Of a stretch of 64,000 nt of DNA, positions 31,848 to 47,900 are shown piece by piece (the stretch's first letter is position 1; each line of letters begins with the position of its first letter). The stretch is taken from assembly GCF_009914755.1 (NCBI RefSeq), contig NC_060926.1, one strand, 5' to 3'. The notes below the pieces were generated by a model. That model had not been told where the DNA came from and searched no databases. It was given only the letters and a program-made list of their open reading frames with translations. A program made the position numbers and the translations under genes. Origin of the DNA: the human T2T-CHM13v2.0 reference genome, Homo sapiens.

Positions 31848-32482
31848 GTTTTTTTTTTTTTTTTTTTTTTTAGAGATAAGGTCACCGGGCACAGTGGCTC
31901 ACGCCTATAATCCCAGGACTTTGGGAGGCCAAGGCAGACAGATCACAAGGCCAAGAGATCGAGACCATCTTGGCCAACATGGTGAAACTCCATCTCTACT
32001 AAAAATACAAAAAATTAGCTGGGCGCGGTGGTGCGCGCCTGTAGTCCCAGCTACTCTGGAGGCTGAGGCAGGAGAATCGCTTGAACCCGGGAGGCAGAGC
32101 TTGCAGTGAGTGAGCCAAGATCGCACCGCTGCACTCCAGCCCGGCGACAGAGCAAGACTCTGTCTCAAAAAAAAAAAAAGAGATAGGGTCTCACCCTCTT
32201 GCCCAGAGTGGAGTACAGTGGTGTGATCATGGCTCACTGCAGCCTTAAACTCCTGGGCTCAAGGGCTCCTCCTGCCTCAGCTGCCTGAGTAGTCAGGACT
32301 ACAGGTATGAGCTACCATGCCCAGCTAAATTTAATTTAATTTATTTATTTATGTAGGTAGGTGAGTATAGACAGGATCTCACTTTGTTAGCCAGGTTGGC
32401 TCAAATTCCTGACTTCAAGTGATCCTGCCGCCTTGGCCTCCCAAAGTGCTAGGATTACAGGAGTGAGGCACTGCATCTAGCC
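31848..32482. mobile_element. AluJ-like (-) interrupted near its tail by an opposite-orientation AluSc-like (+, 31884-32178)
   Basis: TSD agagata(a/g)ggtc at 31872-31883 and 32179-32190. Confidence 0.88.
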
Positions 32483-32539
32483 CAAAAATAGTCTTTTCTT
32501 ACATTTTCCCCTCTAATGTCTTACCTGCCATACCACTGT

Positions 32540-33145
<606 letters not shown>

Positions 33146-33184
33146 CTAGATAGCTTATCAGGACAGGAGTTACATTTGCCCTAT

Positions 33185-33225
33185 CAGCTTGCAAAACATG
33201 CTGCAAAACAGCTTGCAAAACAGCT
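33185..33225 (+). repeat. 12-bp tandem repeat, about 3.4 copies (cagcttgcaaaa)
   Basis: cagcttgcaaaa catgctgcaaaa cagcttgcaaaa cagct. Confidence 0.8.
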
Positions 33226-33694
33226 GGGGACTGGAGATATTGGATTATACCATCTTGGTGTTGCGCCAGTCAGGAGTAATTGTTGTAAGTTAGGCTTTGA
33301 CAAGGACCTTGTAATGATGCTCACATAGAAGATAATTTATAAATACCTATAACATAACCTGAGAATGGCGATTAAGTAACCTGGTCTTAACTCCAGGGCC
33401 CACCACAGCAACTTTGAGCTTAGATGCCACTTAACCTTTTGTAACTTGTAACTTCATTGGTGGTGGGGGTACAGGCAGGTCAGCTTGTTCACATGGGCTG
33501 CAAACATGGCTTTACCCCACCGTCTCCCGTGGCCTTCTCAACACACTTTAGAATCTGCAGGAGACCTGCAGCCCCCCACCAGACCCCCAGAATCACACTA
33601 TGCTGGTTGGCCTGGGCATGCCCCTCCCCCCAAGCATTTCCGCTGCACATCCCAGCTCAAGAACCACCCTCTGGGTGCCAAGGTCTCCTCCAGG

Positions 33695-33815
33695 AGCACA
33701 GGTTCTCACCTGGGGCTGATCTGCCCCCTGGGGACATTTGGAAATGCCTGGAGACATCCTGGATTGTCCCAGCGTGGTGGGGGGCTGGGGAGCCCCTGCT
33801 AGCTGTAGAGATCCA
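33695..33815 (+). mobile_element. MER20-like DNA transposon fragment
   Basis: ggttctcacctgggg...gcccccTggggacatttggaaatgcctggagacat. Confidence 0.7.
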
Positions 33816-34495
33816 GTGACAGTTTGCATGAGAGGTTTCTCCATTGCATACCAGCTGACTCTGAGGAGCAGCTTGACGCGGTAGGGGCCCTAGTGAGAAA
33901 CCTTGCCTTCCTGGACCATTTGGGCCACAAGTCAGCATAAGTGACTTCTCCTAACATCAGTACCCTCTGCAAGGGAGAGGCTAAACAAGAAGACCCCCGG
34001 GGAGCCCCTGCTAGCTTGGGAAGTGTGTGATTCTCTCCACTCCCTCCCCATAGAATCAACTGTAAAAGCTTTAGCCATTTCTTTGGGACGACTTTGGATC
34101 AGCATATAAAGATACTGGGTGTTCTGTGCACACTCTGCACTCTGGGAAGTTAATGAGCAGTTTTTATCTGGCATGGCACAGGCTGTTCTTAATTTTTACA
34201 AGCTTAAGCTCAGCAATTTCAAGTTCATTCTAAACATTGAAAGAGTCCATTTGCTCTTACGAGATAATAGTCTCCATAAAACCTAACATCTACATACAGT
34301 AGGTATTTCTGAACCACACTCAACCAAAATAAATGTGTAAAAATGTTACGAAACATTTATTGAATTAGACAATGACCAAAAATTTCTTCAGTGCAAAGCA
34401 CACTCAGATTTGGTTTTTATTTCCATTTCCTGTTTTCTTTTACTTAAAAGTCTATAGAATTAACATAAAGGTTGAGTTCTCAGTGAAAGAAACCA

Positions 34496-35060
34496 GGCTG
34501 GGCATGGTGGCTCATGCCTGTAATTCCAGCAATTTGAGAGGCTGAAGCATGCGCATCAGTTGAGCTCATGAGTTCAAGACCAGCCTGGACCGCATGGCAA
34601 AACCCCATCTCTACAAAAAATACAGAAATTAGCCAGGCATGGTTGCACGCGTGTAGTCCTAGCTACTCAGGAGGCTGAGGTGGAAGGGTGGTTTGAGCCC
34701 GAGAGGTGGAGGTTGCAGTGAGCCAAGATCACTCCACTGCACTCCAGCTTAGACGATAGAGCCAGACCTTCTCTCAAAAAGAAAAAAGCGAGACACAAAA
34801 GATCTATAAGTGATTGATTCGGTTTACATGGCGTCTCAGAAAAGGCCAGTCTGTAGAGATAGAAGGAGAAGCGGTTGCGTCGGTGTGGAAAGGAAAATTT
34901 CAGGTGGGCATGAGGAATCTTTCAGGGGTGGCAGAAACGTTCTAAACCAGATTCTGGTGATGGTTGCGCGCTGGGTTTTTTTTACTAGAAATCACTGAAG
35001 TGTATCCCTAAAAACAGGTAGATTTTATGATATGTAAATTATACCTTAATACAGCTGTTG
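34496..35060 (+). mobile_element. Alu (34496-34790) inserted into an L1M 3'UTR fragment
   Basis: Alu motifs, then ggtgatggttg...tatgtaaattataccttaatacagctg. Confidence 0.8.
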
Positions 35061-35856
35061 GGGAAAAAAGAAGACTTGGTACTGCCCATCCCCACCCCCA
35101 AGGGCTCCCAGTTTATTAAGAAAACTAAGGAAAACATAAGACAGATGAATGGGGGATGAAGCCGCAAAGGGTCCCCGCTGCTGCCCCCTTGGACATCGTA
35201 ATAGTGAACTGTGTTCTGGCCTTGGGTGAGGATGAAGGAAGCTGGGCCCAGATCTTTTTCCTTGGTTTTCAAAGCCTTCCAGGTAAATATGGGACCTGCC
35301 AGGGTCTTTCAGCACTGGAAATAGCCGACATGCCCCTCAGTGGCCTCCAGGGGAAGCCCCCCAGGAGCTTTGAGGAGCTGCTTTCTCCTCCGCTGCTTTG
35401 AGGAGCTTATAGCCCCTTCAAGCTCTTCCCAAACCTCACAGGCCTTTCTGCGTCCCTGACAGAGGTCTCAAGAGGAGCCTTTGACAAACAGCAGTGAGAG
35501 CTGATTGCTGCCCAGTGTCATCAAGATGCCGCCATTGATTCTAGCTTTGAAATCTGTGGCCAAATAGGTGACTCAATCTGAAATTTATTTGGAGAAGGCA
35601 GACAAACATTCAGAGGAAGCAGCAGAAGTTCCATTAGAGCAAACCTCCGCAGGGAGTGAGAGCAGGGGCCATGCTGCAGAGGAGGCCGGGGCAGCGTGGG
35701 TCACCCAGGCGGAGGCGGTGCCGCCCCCTCACATGGACCAGGGGTCTGGGGGCAGCTCTGCTCCTCACCAAGGCCCAAGACCCGTGCTGTCATAACAGTC
35801 CTCCTTCAGAGACACCCCTCAATCAGATCTAGGAATTGAAAGTCAGATTGGTTTCA

Positions 35857-36177
<321 letters not shown>

Positions 36178-36546
36178 AAAGTCTTGAGAATGTTCACTTC
36201 CTGACGGCTTTGCACATGGCCCATAACAAGCTGTCCTGACCTTCTCAGTGTGTGACCCAGGACACCGTGGAATCTGGGAAAGCCATGATTTCCACAGTAT
36301 ACTCCTAGAAATTTTAATCTCAGAGAATGATGATAGATGTTTCTGGAAAATGAGTTGTGTTTGAGAACTGGATTAAACAAAATTACAGAGGCTTCTTTGT
36401 GGCACTTAATAATTTCCCAAACCACTAAAGAGGGAAGCCCCAGCGCTATGAGCATACCTGGCAACAGACCGCTTCCTAGAGAAATGCCTCCAGTGAGCCA
36501 GGGCTACATTTTGGGAAGTGACTGTATCCTACAGAGTAGAAAAATA

Positions 36547-37377
<831 letters not shown>

Positions 37378-37719
37378 TAATCCGTCCATGGTTGAGCCGT
37401 CATTACATAGTCATCCCCCTTGGACATGGGTTTGCAATGAAATATTGAAATACCGCTGGGTTGAGCACATTTGTGAATACAGCTTATGGGGCTTATGATT
37501 AATTCATTTCTAAGGATGAGTTTCTAGAAGGAGCCAAATGAGGTCAAAGGCTGTGGACTTTTTCAGGTATTGATCCAACATCACTGTGCTGCTCTCCAGA
37601 AGGGTGGTGCCCTCTGTGTACATCTGTTCTTTCTCACCTTGCGTCTCCCCTGGGTCACTGCCAGCCTCACAGCGATAGGGCTCTGCTTCAATTGGGTCTT
37701 TGCTCTGCTCACAGCCATG

Positions 37720-37754
37720 CTGTATCCATCAGGGTTCTCCAGAGAAACAACCAA

Positions 37755-37804
<50 letters not shown>

Positions 37805-38207
37805 CTGAAGTGTGTAGGGCAGGCCAGCTGGTGTGTGTGTGCATGTGTGTAATCTGAAGTGTGTAGGGCAGGCCAGCCGGGGGTGTGTGTGTGTGTGTGT
37901 GTATATGTATGTGTGTGTGTCACATCTGAAGTGTGTAGTGCAGGCCGGCGTTCTGGAAACTCGGGCAGAAGTTAATGCTGCATGCTTGATGTAGGATTTC
38001 ATCATCACGAAACCTGTTTTTTGCTCTTTGGGCTCTCACCTGATGGGATGAGGCCCACCTGCTTTCTCAAGGATAATTGCCTTTGTTTGGAGTCCATGGA
38101 CTATAAGTGACATCTACAAAAGGCCTTCACAGCAATGCATAGGTTGTGTGTGATGAAATCACTGGCCGCCGTGGCCTGGCCAGGTTGACATGTGAAACTG
38201 ATCATGA
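37720..38207 (-). mobile_element. MLT2-family (ERVL) solo LTR with internal (TG)n expansion
   Basis: tcagggttctccagagaaaca start; gatgaggcccacc; ccaggttgacatgtgaaactgatcatga end. Confidence 0.75.
37757..37950 (+). repeat. Compound microsatellite: three (TG)n tracts, each followed by atctgaagtgtgtag(g/t)gcaggcc
   Basis: Units begin at about 37801, 37850 and 37922. Confidence 0.9.
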
Positions 38208-38964
38208 GTCATCCTGCTATGACTTTAATTGCCTGGAGAATTCCTTCCCAGCAAAAGCCGCACGCTGCTTCTCCCAGAGGGGTGGGGTGCATTTTATTGG
38301 GCACTTTTGCCTTTGAAAACGTAATCTCCCTAGATAAGTATTACCACTGAACCACCTGCTGAGCAGCGTGCTAGCATTTCTTGACTCCAGATGGGTTTCA
38401 CACACGTCTGTCCCCTACCTGGCTCCTGTGGCTGGGTGCTAGATGGGACCATGGGACCCAAGTCCACCCTCTGGCCCCTTCTCCCTGTAGGATTCCTAAG
38501 CTTGAGCCAGACTGGTCGTTCTGCCAGGTTGGTTGCCCACCCTCCTACCCCTGCAGCGGCCCCATCCCACGTGGTTAAGTGGGTGGCCACACCCACTGCC
38601 TTTCCTTTCTCACTTCCAGCTCTGTTCTTCATTCCAGCAGAAGGTCCAGCCTCACACAGTGACCCAGTGGGCTTGAACAGTGAGGTTCCAGTCCCGTCCC
38701 TTTAGCCTCATCCCTCATGGGGGAAGATACCTGATGCCGGGGCTGGGGTGTAGGAGGTGGTTGAAACAGCCTGATCTACACCCCTGCCTGGTGGGTTAGG
38801 GCTCCGATGCCACACCAGGCCTGGCATCTAGACAGAGAGTTCCACAGAGTCCCCTCTGCCTGCTATGTGCCAGGCACTGTACTAGCACCACACCTGCCCT
38901 CAGGAAACTCACAGCATGAAGGAGAGAGAGACACCAAAAATTGCTTGATACTGTGACCCATGCT

Positions 38965-39340
38965 GGCCAGGCACGGTGGCTTACACCTGTAATCCCAGCA
39001 CTTTGGGAGGCCAAGCGGGAGAGTTTCTTGAGGCCAGGAGTTCGAGACCAGCCTAGGCAGCATAGTGAGACTCTGTCTCTACAAAAAAAGAAAATTTAAA
39101 AAAAAAAAAAAAAACAGGCATGGTGGCATGTGCCTGTGGTCCCAGCTACTCAGAAGGCTGAGTTGGGAGGATCGCTTGAGCCCAGGAATTTAAGGCTGCA
39201 GTGAGCTGTGATCGTGCCACTGCATTCCAGCCTGGGTGACAGAGACCTCGTCTCAAAAAAAAAAAATTATATATATATACACACACACACACATACATAC
39301 ACACACACATATACATATACATACATACATATGTATATAG
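38965..39340 (+). mobile_element. AluJ-like with (AT)n/(AC)n tail
   Basis: Alu motifs; microsatellite tail at 39267-39340. Confidence 0.9.
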
Positions 39341-39579
39341 TGATCCATGCAAAATCTGCAGCAGGGGTAGGCAGACAGGAGGAAGTGGGTTGCAGGGTCA
39401 AGGCAAGCCTCAGAGAAAAAAACCTGAGACTGAGTGGCCCTGACAGGCAGTTGGTGGGACAGGGAAGGGGGTGGTACAGACGGAGGGAACCCCCATGCAA
39501 AGGTATAAAAGAGGACCCCCCAATATGCTAACATGTATTCCACTGTTGCTGAAGACTAACACTCAAGGCACTGGTTACC

Positions 39580-39990
39580 AGGGAATGAGAACTTGTGTTG
39601 AGTTTGAGATTTTACTTACCTGGCAAGTTGGCCTTCCAGTTTCACGGAGCTGGTCTAAGATATGAGACTTCAGGGTCAGAGACAAAGAAAAATCCGTTAT
39701 TCACAGCAATAGCAGTAGCCAGAGTATTAGCATTTGGGTCATTTCCCAGGTCCCAGTGCCCATAGCTGTGATGTAGTCAGGGCCCCATGGCATCCGCACA
39801 CATCAAGGGCTGCATTGCAGGAGAGGAACCCTAAGCTTAGGAACCAAATCTTCTACAGTGGGCACAAAGCACATTTGCCCTGTGCTCTGGAGGGAGATGC
39901 TATCTCCATCATCCAAGGCTGTTTCCTGTGCATGTTCTTGGAAAGATAGTTGGGAAAAAAGGCAGGCAGAGCCTCTGCTGGAAAGACACA
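39580..39990 (-). mobile_element. Old ERVL-type LTR (MER74/MER73-like)
   Basis: gagtttgagattttac...gggtcagagacaaag...ttattcacagcaatagcagtagccagagtattagcatt recalled from this LTR group; family uncertain. Confidence 0.45.
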
Positions 39991-40329
39991 GGGAAAGGAG
40001 AGAGAAGAATTGTTACCCGGCAAAGATCAGACTGCCTCCTCCACCAAGTCTCTGGTCTAGATTCTGTGAGTCCAGAAACCTCCATCTCAGTCTAGGAGGG
40101 ACAGCTAGGAGGAAATAAGGACGTCAGTTTGCAACCAGACAAGTTTAGAGGCCTGTGGAATTCCCAGGCCAAGGGAAGAGTTGTTACGGAGACTCTATGG
40201 CCAAGAGGGACAGATCACACTAGACATCAAGCTCAATGGATGCCACCAAGGGCAGCCACCTGCTGTATCTTGTACACGTTTCATCCATCCAGCTTTTAGC
40301 CTCTCAATCCTTCTCTTCCTAATAGGGTA

Positions 40330-40767
40330 GGTATAAGATTCCCATTGCTGCTGTAACAAATTACCACCCACTTAGTGGTTTAAAGTAACACGGAAGTATT
40401 CCATTACAGTTCTGGAGGTCAGAAGTCCAAGCTGGGTCTGCATGGTTTCATTCCTTCTAGAGGCTGTGAGAGAGTCCATGCCCCTGTCTGTTCCAGCTTC
40501 TAGAAGCTGCTACTCATCTTGGTGGCCTTGCATCCCCTCTGACCTGTTTCTGTCCTCACATCTTCTGACTCTGATTCTCCTATTTATATGACCCTCTTAT
40601 AAGGACCCTTGTATATTGGGCCCACCTGGATAATCCAAGATACTCTCCCCTCTCAAGGGCCTTGTCTTAACCGTATCTGCAGTTAGGTTGCCATGTAAGG
40701 TCACATAGTCACAGGTCCTGGGGATTAGGACGTTGACATCTTTGGGAGCCATTTCCCTTCTACCACA
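40330..40767 (-). mobile_element. MLT1 (MaLR) solo LTR
   Basis: ttgctgctgtaacaaattaccac...cagttctggaggtcagaagtcca...gggattaggac...ctaccaca. Confidence 0.85.
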
Positions 40768-42305
40768 TTATTCTGACCTCTGTAGATACTGTGGCCCATG
40801 TCATCAAACCCCCATGACAGTCACAGCCCTGCCTGTTTCTTTCCATCCAGACAGGTGGTGCCTGTGGGTACATCTCAGCGTAGGGTGCAGACAGAGTTGT
40901 CTGTTGGAAGGAAAACCACATCGAATCGGGAAGGGAGGGTCCTGGCTAGAGTAAGGACAGTGGGCAGGAGGCCGGGGTCCTGTCCTGCCACAACACTGAC
41001 CACCTAGAACCTCAACTTTCTTCTTTAAAAATAAAAAGAGAGTAACTACACTTGCCATACTGACCCCCCAGGTTGTATGGAAGCTCAGTGGAGAAAATGG
41101 CCGGGGTGCGTGTCTGAACCGCGCTGCATTTGGACAGACACTTTGTGTGTCACATGTTAGTAGCTGCAGTGTGTCCTCCACCCGACTGAGAGTCTGTGTA
41201 TCAAGATAGGGGTAAATCCTTTCTGACCACTTGCAGACAGAAGTCACGCCTCGTGGTCCAAAGCCACCAAGTCATTACTTTTCAAAGCTTTTCCAGTAGA
41301 GACACATGACTCCTTCCTTAAAACAACTTACAGTGAAAATATGTGGATGGTTGAAAAAGTAATGTTTCCAGTCTGCTGAAAGTTCTGTGGGTTTTTTTTT
41401 TTTTTTTTGCAGGGCAATTATCTGTATAAAATACTTTTTTTCTTTTAAGTAGAATCCTATTGCTAATGAAACCATATTTTGAACATGAAAATTGTTACAA
41501 AGAAGAAAAAATGTCATTATCCAGAAAAGCTGCAATAGCTCATGCATTTGATGGTCTAAATAGAACATTTTTCTTCTCAGGGGGATGAAAGCGGTCCCCT
41601 CCTATTAGCCTATGAAATTATTTTAGAATTGGGTTTTAATCCCTGGAACGAGAAAGGGGGATGGAACCCTAACATAGGTTCCATGCATGGGAAGTCAAAC
41701 CTGAAATTTAGAGACAGGAAATATAGCACGCCTAGTCACTAATCCAAAAGGAATGTGAAAAAAGAGTTGTTTTAATGTTGGAAAAAGGCAGCATGAAAGG
41801 TAAGGCTTCCTTCCTGCCGTTTCCTCTGGTGCCCTTTTCTTTCCCCCGATCACATTTGCTAGATGTCCATTTCTGTAAGTTTTCCCTCTAGAACAAACCT
41901 ATCATTTTTCACCACGGGATATTTACAGCTTCAATCAGTGCCAAATTCAATTGGCTTCTGATCTCATCGCTGGAAGTTATAGATGCAGATATTATTTGCA
42001 CTGCGGTTAATTATGGAGCAATCAAACCTTGGCTTTTCCACTGTAATTTCCTCTGCCAGCTAATTTAATTAATCACCCCCAGCTCAGCTCTTCCAGCTGC
42101 GACCAGCAGGGTCATTAATTAGGCATGTGGTGGGAGCTCACCCACCAGGTCCTGCTACGGGGCCGCTGCCCATTTGATCTCTCAGGGAGGGAGAGCTTTT
42201 CCTAAGCATCGATCCCCTCCAGAAAGGAAGATGGTTCCCAAAAGGCCTATCAGGGGCAAACAGCTCACCTGCAGTGGTGATTGGTTTACAAAATTCACCT
42301 AGTTA

Positions 42306-42984
<679 letters not shown>

Positions 42985-44341
42985 TCAGTGTGTGCCTAAT
43001 AATGCAGATGTCATGTGATGAGCTCGGTTTGTTGCAAGGAAGCGTCGTCCTCCTCACGGGCTCTTTACGTTGACATTGTGGCTTTGGAGGCTGATATTTT
43101 CTCTAAAGGAAAGATTAAAGGATTGTTTTCATTTTATTATAAGGAAGAGACATTTTTGGTATAAGCCCATCAAAGTTGGTGCCTAAATGCTGCAACTGAT
43201 TCTTCTATTATTTTGAAGAGCCTGTTTATTTTCCAGCAGTTACCAGCTTAACTAAGACATTGTCACTGGAATTCCGTATAAATGTGTGCATGCTCACACC
43301 CATGCCTACATTAGAAAGAGAAGTACCCCAAATTTGGGAGGCTTTCTTATGATCATTCTTAAATAGTTTATTGTCTTATAATAATGTGGGCTTTTTTGTT
43401 TTACTTAATATATAGGAAGATTTTTTTTTAATACCTTAAAAATACTGCACATTAAGTCTGTTTTTTTACAGAAGGATAAATGGATGAACAGGTGTTTTAG
43501 GAGCCACAATAAACCATCGCAGAGCAAGGAGTGCCTCTTCTGAGATCCCATTCGATGCTCTGCCCTCAATTAAATGAATCCGAGATAAATGGGAATGTGC
43601 GTGTGTATGCACACACACGTGCACACATACACACACAGGCACACATATGCACACACCAAGGTTCTAGATGAGAAGGAACAGAGGGATCCAGCTCAGTAAT
43701 TAAAGGAATAATAAGGACTCATTGTGTGGCAGGTGGAAGAAAAGGTGCAGGAGGAAGACTCACAAAGTCTGGAGGATTGGCGCTCTCTGTTCAGCCGGGC
43801 AGGAAGGCAGGAAGCACCCCTGTCATAAAACCCCTACAGCCTGTAAACACCAAAGTTCCCTCCTGTCTTGGAGTGGGGCTGGGAGGCCCCGGTGGGGAAC
43901 AGCTGTAATGATGGTTCGCTTTAGTTGTGCCTTCCTGAAGGGCGGGGGGGGGTCTCTGCGGCCACCTTAAACTTAAACAAGTGTATTCAGTCTTGACGGC
44001 CAGCCCCGTGACCTGCCAGCATATTAACATTTAAATGCACAGTACATTCATTCATTTCATGCTGTAAGGATCATTCTGGAACGAATGATAAGTAGTGGTT
44101 TTTCCCTGACATTCATACTCTACTTTTGGAAGTGTGGGAGATTGTTGAGCATTTTTAAATAGCCATAATGCAAGGGGCTTCTGTGTATTTCTAGTTCTTA
44201 AAGAAAATGCAGGATGCAAACAAAAAATTAATTTTCAGACATTTTCTTTCAGGAAAACCTCTGTTTGGATATAAATCATTGAAACCTTGAAACAAATCTG
44301 TCATTCTATTCACAACTCAAATATCAATTTTAAGAATTTTT

Positions 44342-44967
<626 letters not shown>

Positions 44968-47900
44968 TTACCCAATTCTGTGACTGCCTGAACTGGCCAG
45001 GACAAATAGAGAAGGGGTGGTAGGGGGGCAGTGTTAGATTCTTTCTGGAGCACTAGGGTGCAAATCAGAAGCGTCCTTTGTTGCTGCAGCTCTCCCCAGC
45101 CGCCTGGAGGATCTGTTTGGGAGGGGAGCACTCTCTAAGGCTAGTTTTGTTCTTGCTCAGATGATCAAATCTCTAATGCATCTCTAGTACCAACCTCACT
45201 TCCCAGCCTGAGTTTCCATTTGTCCCCAGTTTCCCCACACAAAGAGCAACAAACACTGTTCCAGCTGGTAGGACCAGCCCATGGATCCCAGAGGCCCAGC
45301 ATGCTCAGGGCTCCTTCTTTTTTCTCATTTCTCTCCTCCCCATCTCCAGACAGCCTTTACTGTTCATAAAAAGAAATGCAGGCCTAAAGAGGACTGGGGG
45401 CTGGAAGAGGGTTAGGCTGAGTCCCATTGCCCAGGGCATGACCAGGGACCATGTGGTGGCCCCCAGGGGCATCATGTGGTTTTCCAGGCCAAGGAGCTGC
45501 CTGGCTCCATGGGCCGCCTCAGGATGTGGCCCAGCCGGCTTCCTTTGTGAAGGCAAGCCCCACACAAGGAGCAGGACTCCTGGAGGGGACAATGGCTGTC
45601 CATCAGTGATAGCAAATTCCAGCGTCCAGGCCGTGGGTTCATCTGGCTGCCAGGCTGGGCTGATGGCAGCAACGCTGACCACACTCGTCATTTCTCTGCT
45701 GTTATCACAGCCTGGGAGCGGGACAGGATCTGTTCCATTGACTGCATTTTTAAAGCTGCCCTGATCTTCCTTTTTGCCCTAATCTTCCTTTTCCTACTGC
45801 CCTTTTCCCCCCTCCTCCTGCTTAGAGATACCAGCTCTGACAGTCCGAATGTAAGAAATAATTGGATTCTAAATTCTAATTCATCTGTAAAGTATTCGGT
45901 GATTAAATTAGCCTAATAGATATTATTTCTTACATGACTGCGTAATTTTATCCTGATTGGATCTCAGTGGTACTAACGTGCCCCCCAATTTACTATTGAC
46001 TTGAAATTCTCAGAAGGCGAGACATAACTCTCTGTCTTCTTCAGTCTGTTTTCCCAGGTTAAAAGTTAAACTGATTTATGCTAAAGGAAGATCACCTTAC
46101 TGCTCAAGTGTAGTTGCACACTGTATATTGTTCTTTAAGAAGAGCAGTACAAGGAAAATATTATTTTATGTAATTTTAAATCCTCTTTTTCCTCTTTTTC
46201 TATTCAGAAACTAAAAGAAATACTGCCCATTTAAAGTCTTTGGACAGCAATTTGATTGCAGGTAACATAGTTTCTCTTTTAAATAGCTGGAAGTCTCATC
46301 CAAACAAAACTAACCGTCACTCAGCATAGAGCTGATAAGTGTTGTGGATACATTCCAAAAAATTTTCAACATTCTTAGGATAAAATTTTAGCTGGGCGTC
46401 TTTAGCCATTTTTAATAGAGCTGCTTAAATTCTTGGTCAGGAATGAGATAGAAAGGGAACGAAGTCATGGACCCCAGAGATACACAGGAGGGCACTGGCC
46501 AGCACTTATTCATCGGCCTTATTTCTTTCTTTCTTTGCATAAATTTAATTTCTTCAAGTATGTGCCTCTCCCCTCCCCCACCCCCCTGCCCTACCTCCCT
46601 CCCTCCAAAAATCTGCAAATAAAATTCCCCGCTCCCTCCCTGGTTGAGTAGCTGGAAGCAGCTGGTGGGTTTTGTGTGGCTACTGAACAGTGGGGGAAAA
46701 AAGTTTTGGCAAACACTCGGGAAACCCAGGACAGAGGAGGTAGGTAAACTCAGGAAACTGTTTTCATGAGTAAATGAAGGAAACAAAGGCCTCGCAGCAG
46801 GAGCAGAAGGGACACACACTCCCTCTGAATAGCTCCCTAAAAACAGAGCTGAAAAGGAAGAAGGCCCATTTGCTTCTGGGAATCCAATAAATTGTTTCAG
46901 GAAGTGAAAGTCTGTCCAGGCTAATGGAGCTGTGATTGACAGGCCTTCTCATTATGGAGCCCATCAGGGGACAGGGCATTCCAGTGTTATTTAGGGGGCG
47001 AGGTGGGAATGAGAGGAAGCCAGAGCCCGGGGTGGGGGCGGGAGCGGGGGCTAGCTGTGGGTGTTCATTGAAAGAGTCCAGGTCCCCGACAGCCCTGCTC
47101 CAAGGACAGACAACCTCGTCTTGCAGGATCATTTACCTTTTATATTATGACCTAGCCACTTCTCATGGCTCTACCACACCATCTTCCCGAGAGAGCCTGT
47201 GCCCGCCCCACAGTCCCGGCTGAAATGGCAAATGCGGTGTAGGACTGTGGTGCACACTGCCCATGACGGGCTACTTGGACGGCTCATGCCCACCTCTGAC
47301 TAGTTTGATGTTCTGAATCAGGCCCCTTGGTTAAGCGTGATAACATGATCACCTGGTGTTTTAAAGCTTTTCTCTGTTTCCATGTGGTGCCGTGAATAGT
47401 CTCATAAGCCATGTAAGTGGCCTTATTGGTTAAGTGACAACCGGGGACATACCCATTTTCTTTGTCCATGAAGCACCAAATAAGAAGTTGGCGTCCATTA
47501 AACTAGATTGATTATTTAATATCACAAGGCTTTTGAATGGGCTATGGGGAGGAATAGACCAGAGGTCTTTGCCAGGAGGAGACGTTACAGCAGGTCCTCT
47601 CTGGTTGGGACCTGCTTAAAGATGTGTAAAGACCTTGAACATCAGCATCTGGCACAGCCAGGGGAGGGACAGGGAGGACGAGAGACCTGCTTGGTATCCT
47701 TGGCCCCGGGGTCCAGGTTATTCAGTTTGTTGATGGCTATCTGGCAGGACTCCCTCCTGAGCAAGAAAGACCCTCAGTCTCCACGATGGTTATTTCCAGA
47801 AAAGTGGGGACCTTCACCAATGTGCCTTTCATTGTGAACCTTACCCAGCTGGGCTCCAGGACACCTAGGCACATCCCCGTCTCTGGGTCCCCAGCCTTAT

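Noticed and set aside
37801-37950. CRISPR-like repeat-spacer pattern
   Set aside because: Eukaryotic DNA, the spacers are (TG)n microsatellite, and there are no cas genes.
39612-39626. acttacctggca matching the U1 snRNA 5' end
   Set aside because: Only 12 nt match; the downstream sequence is LTR-like, not U1.
43596-43656. (TG)/(CA) quasi-palindrome as a structured RNA
   Set aside because: Explained by an ordinary degenerate purine-pyrimidine microsatellite.
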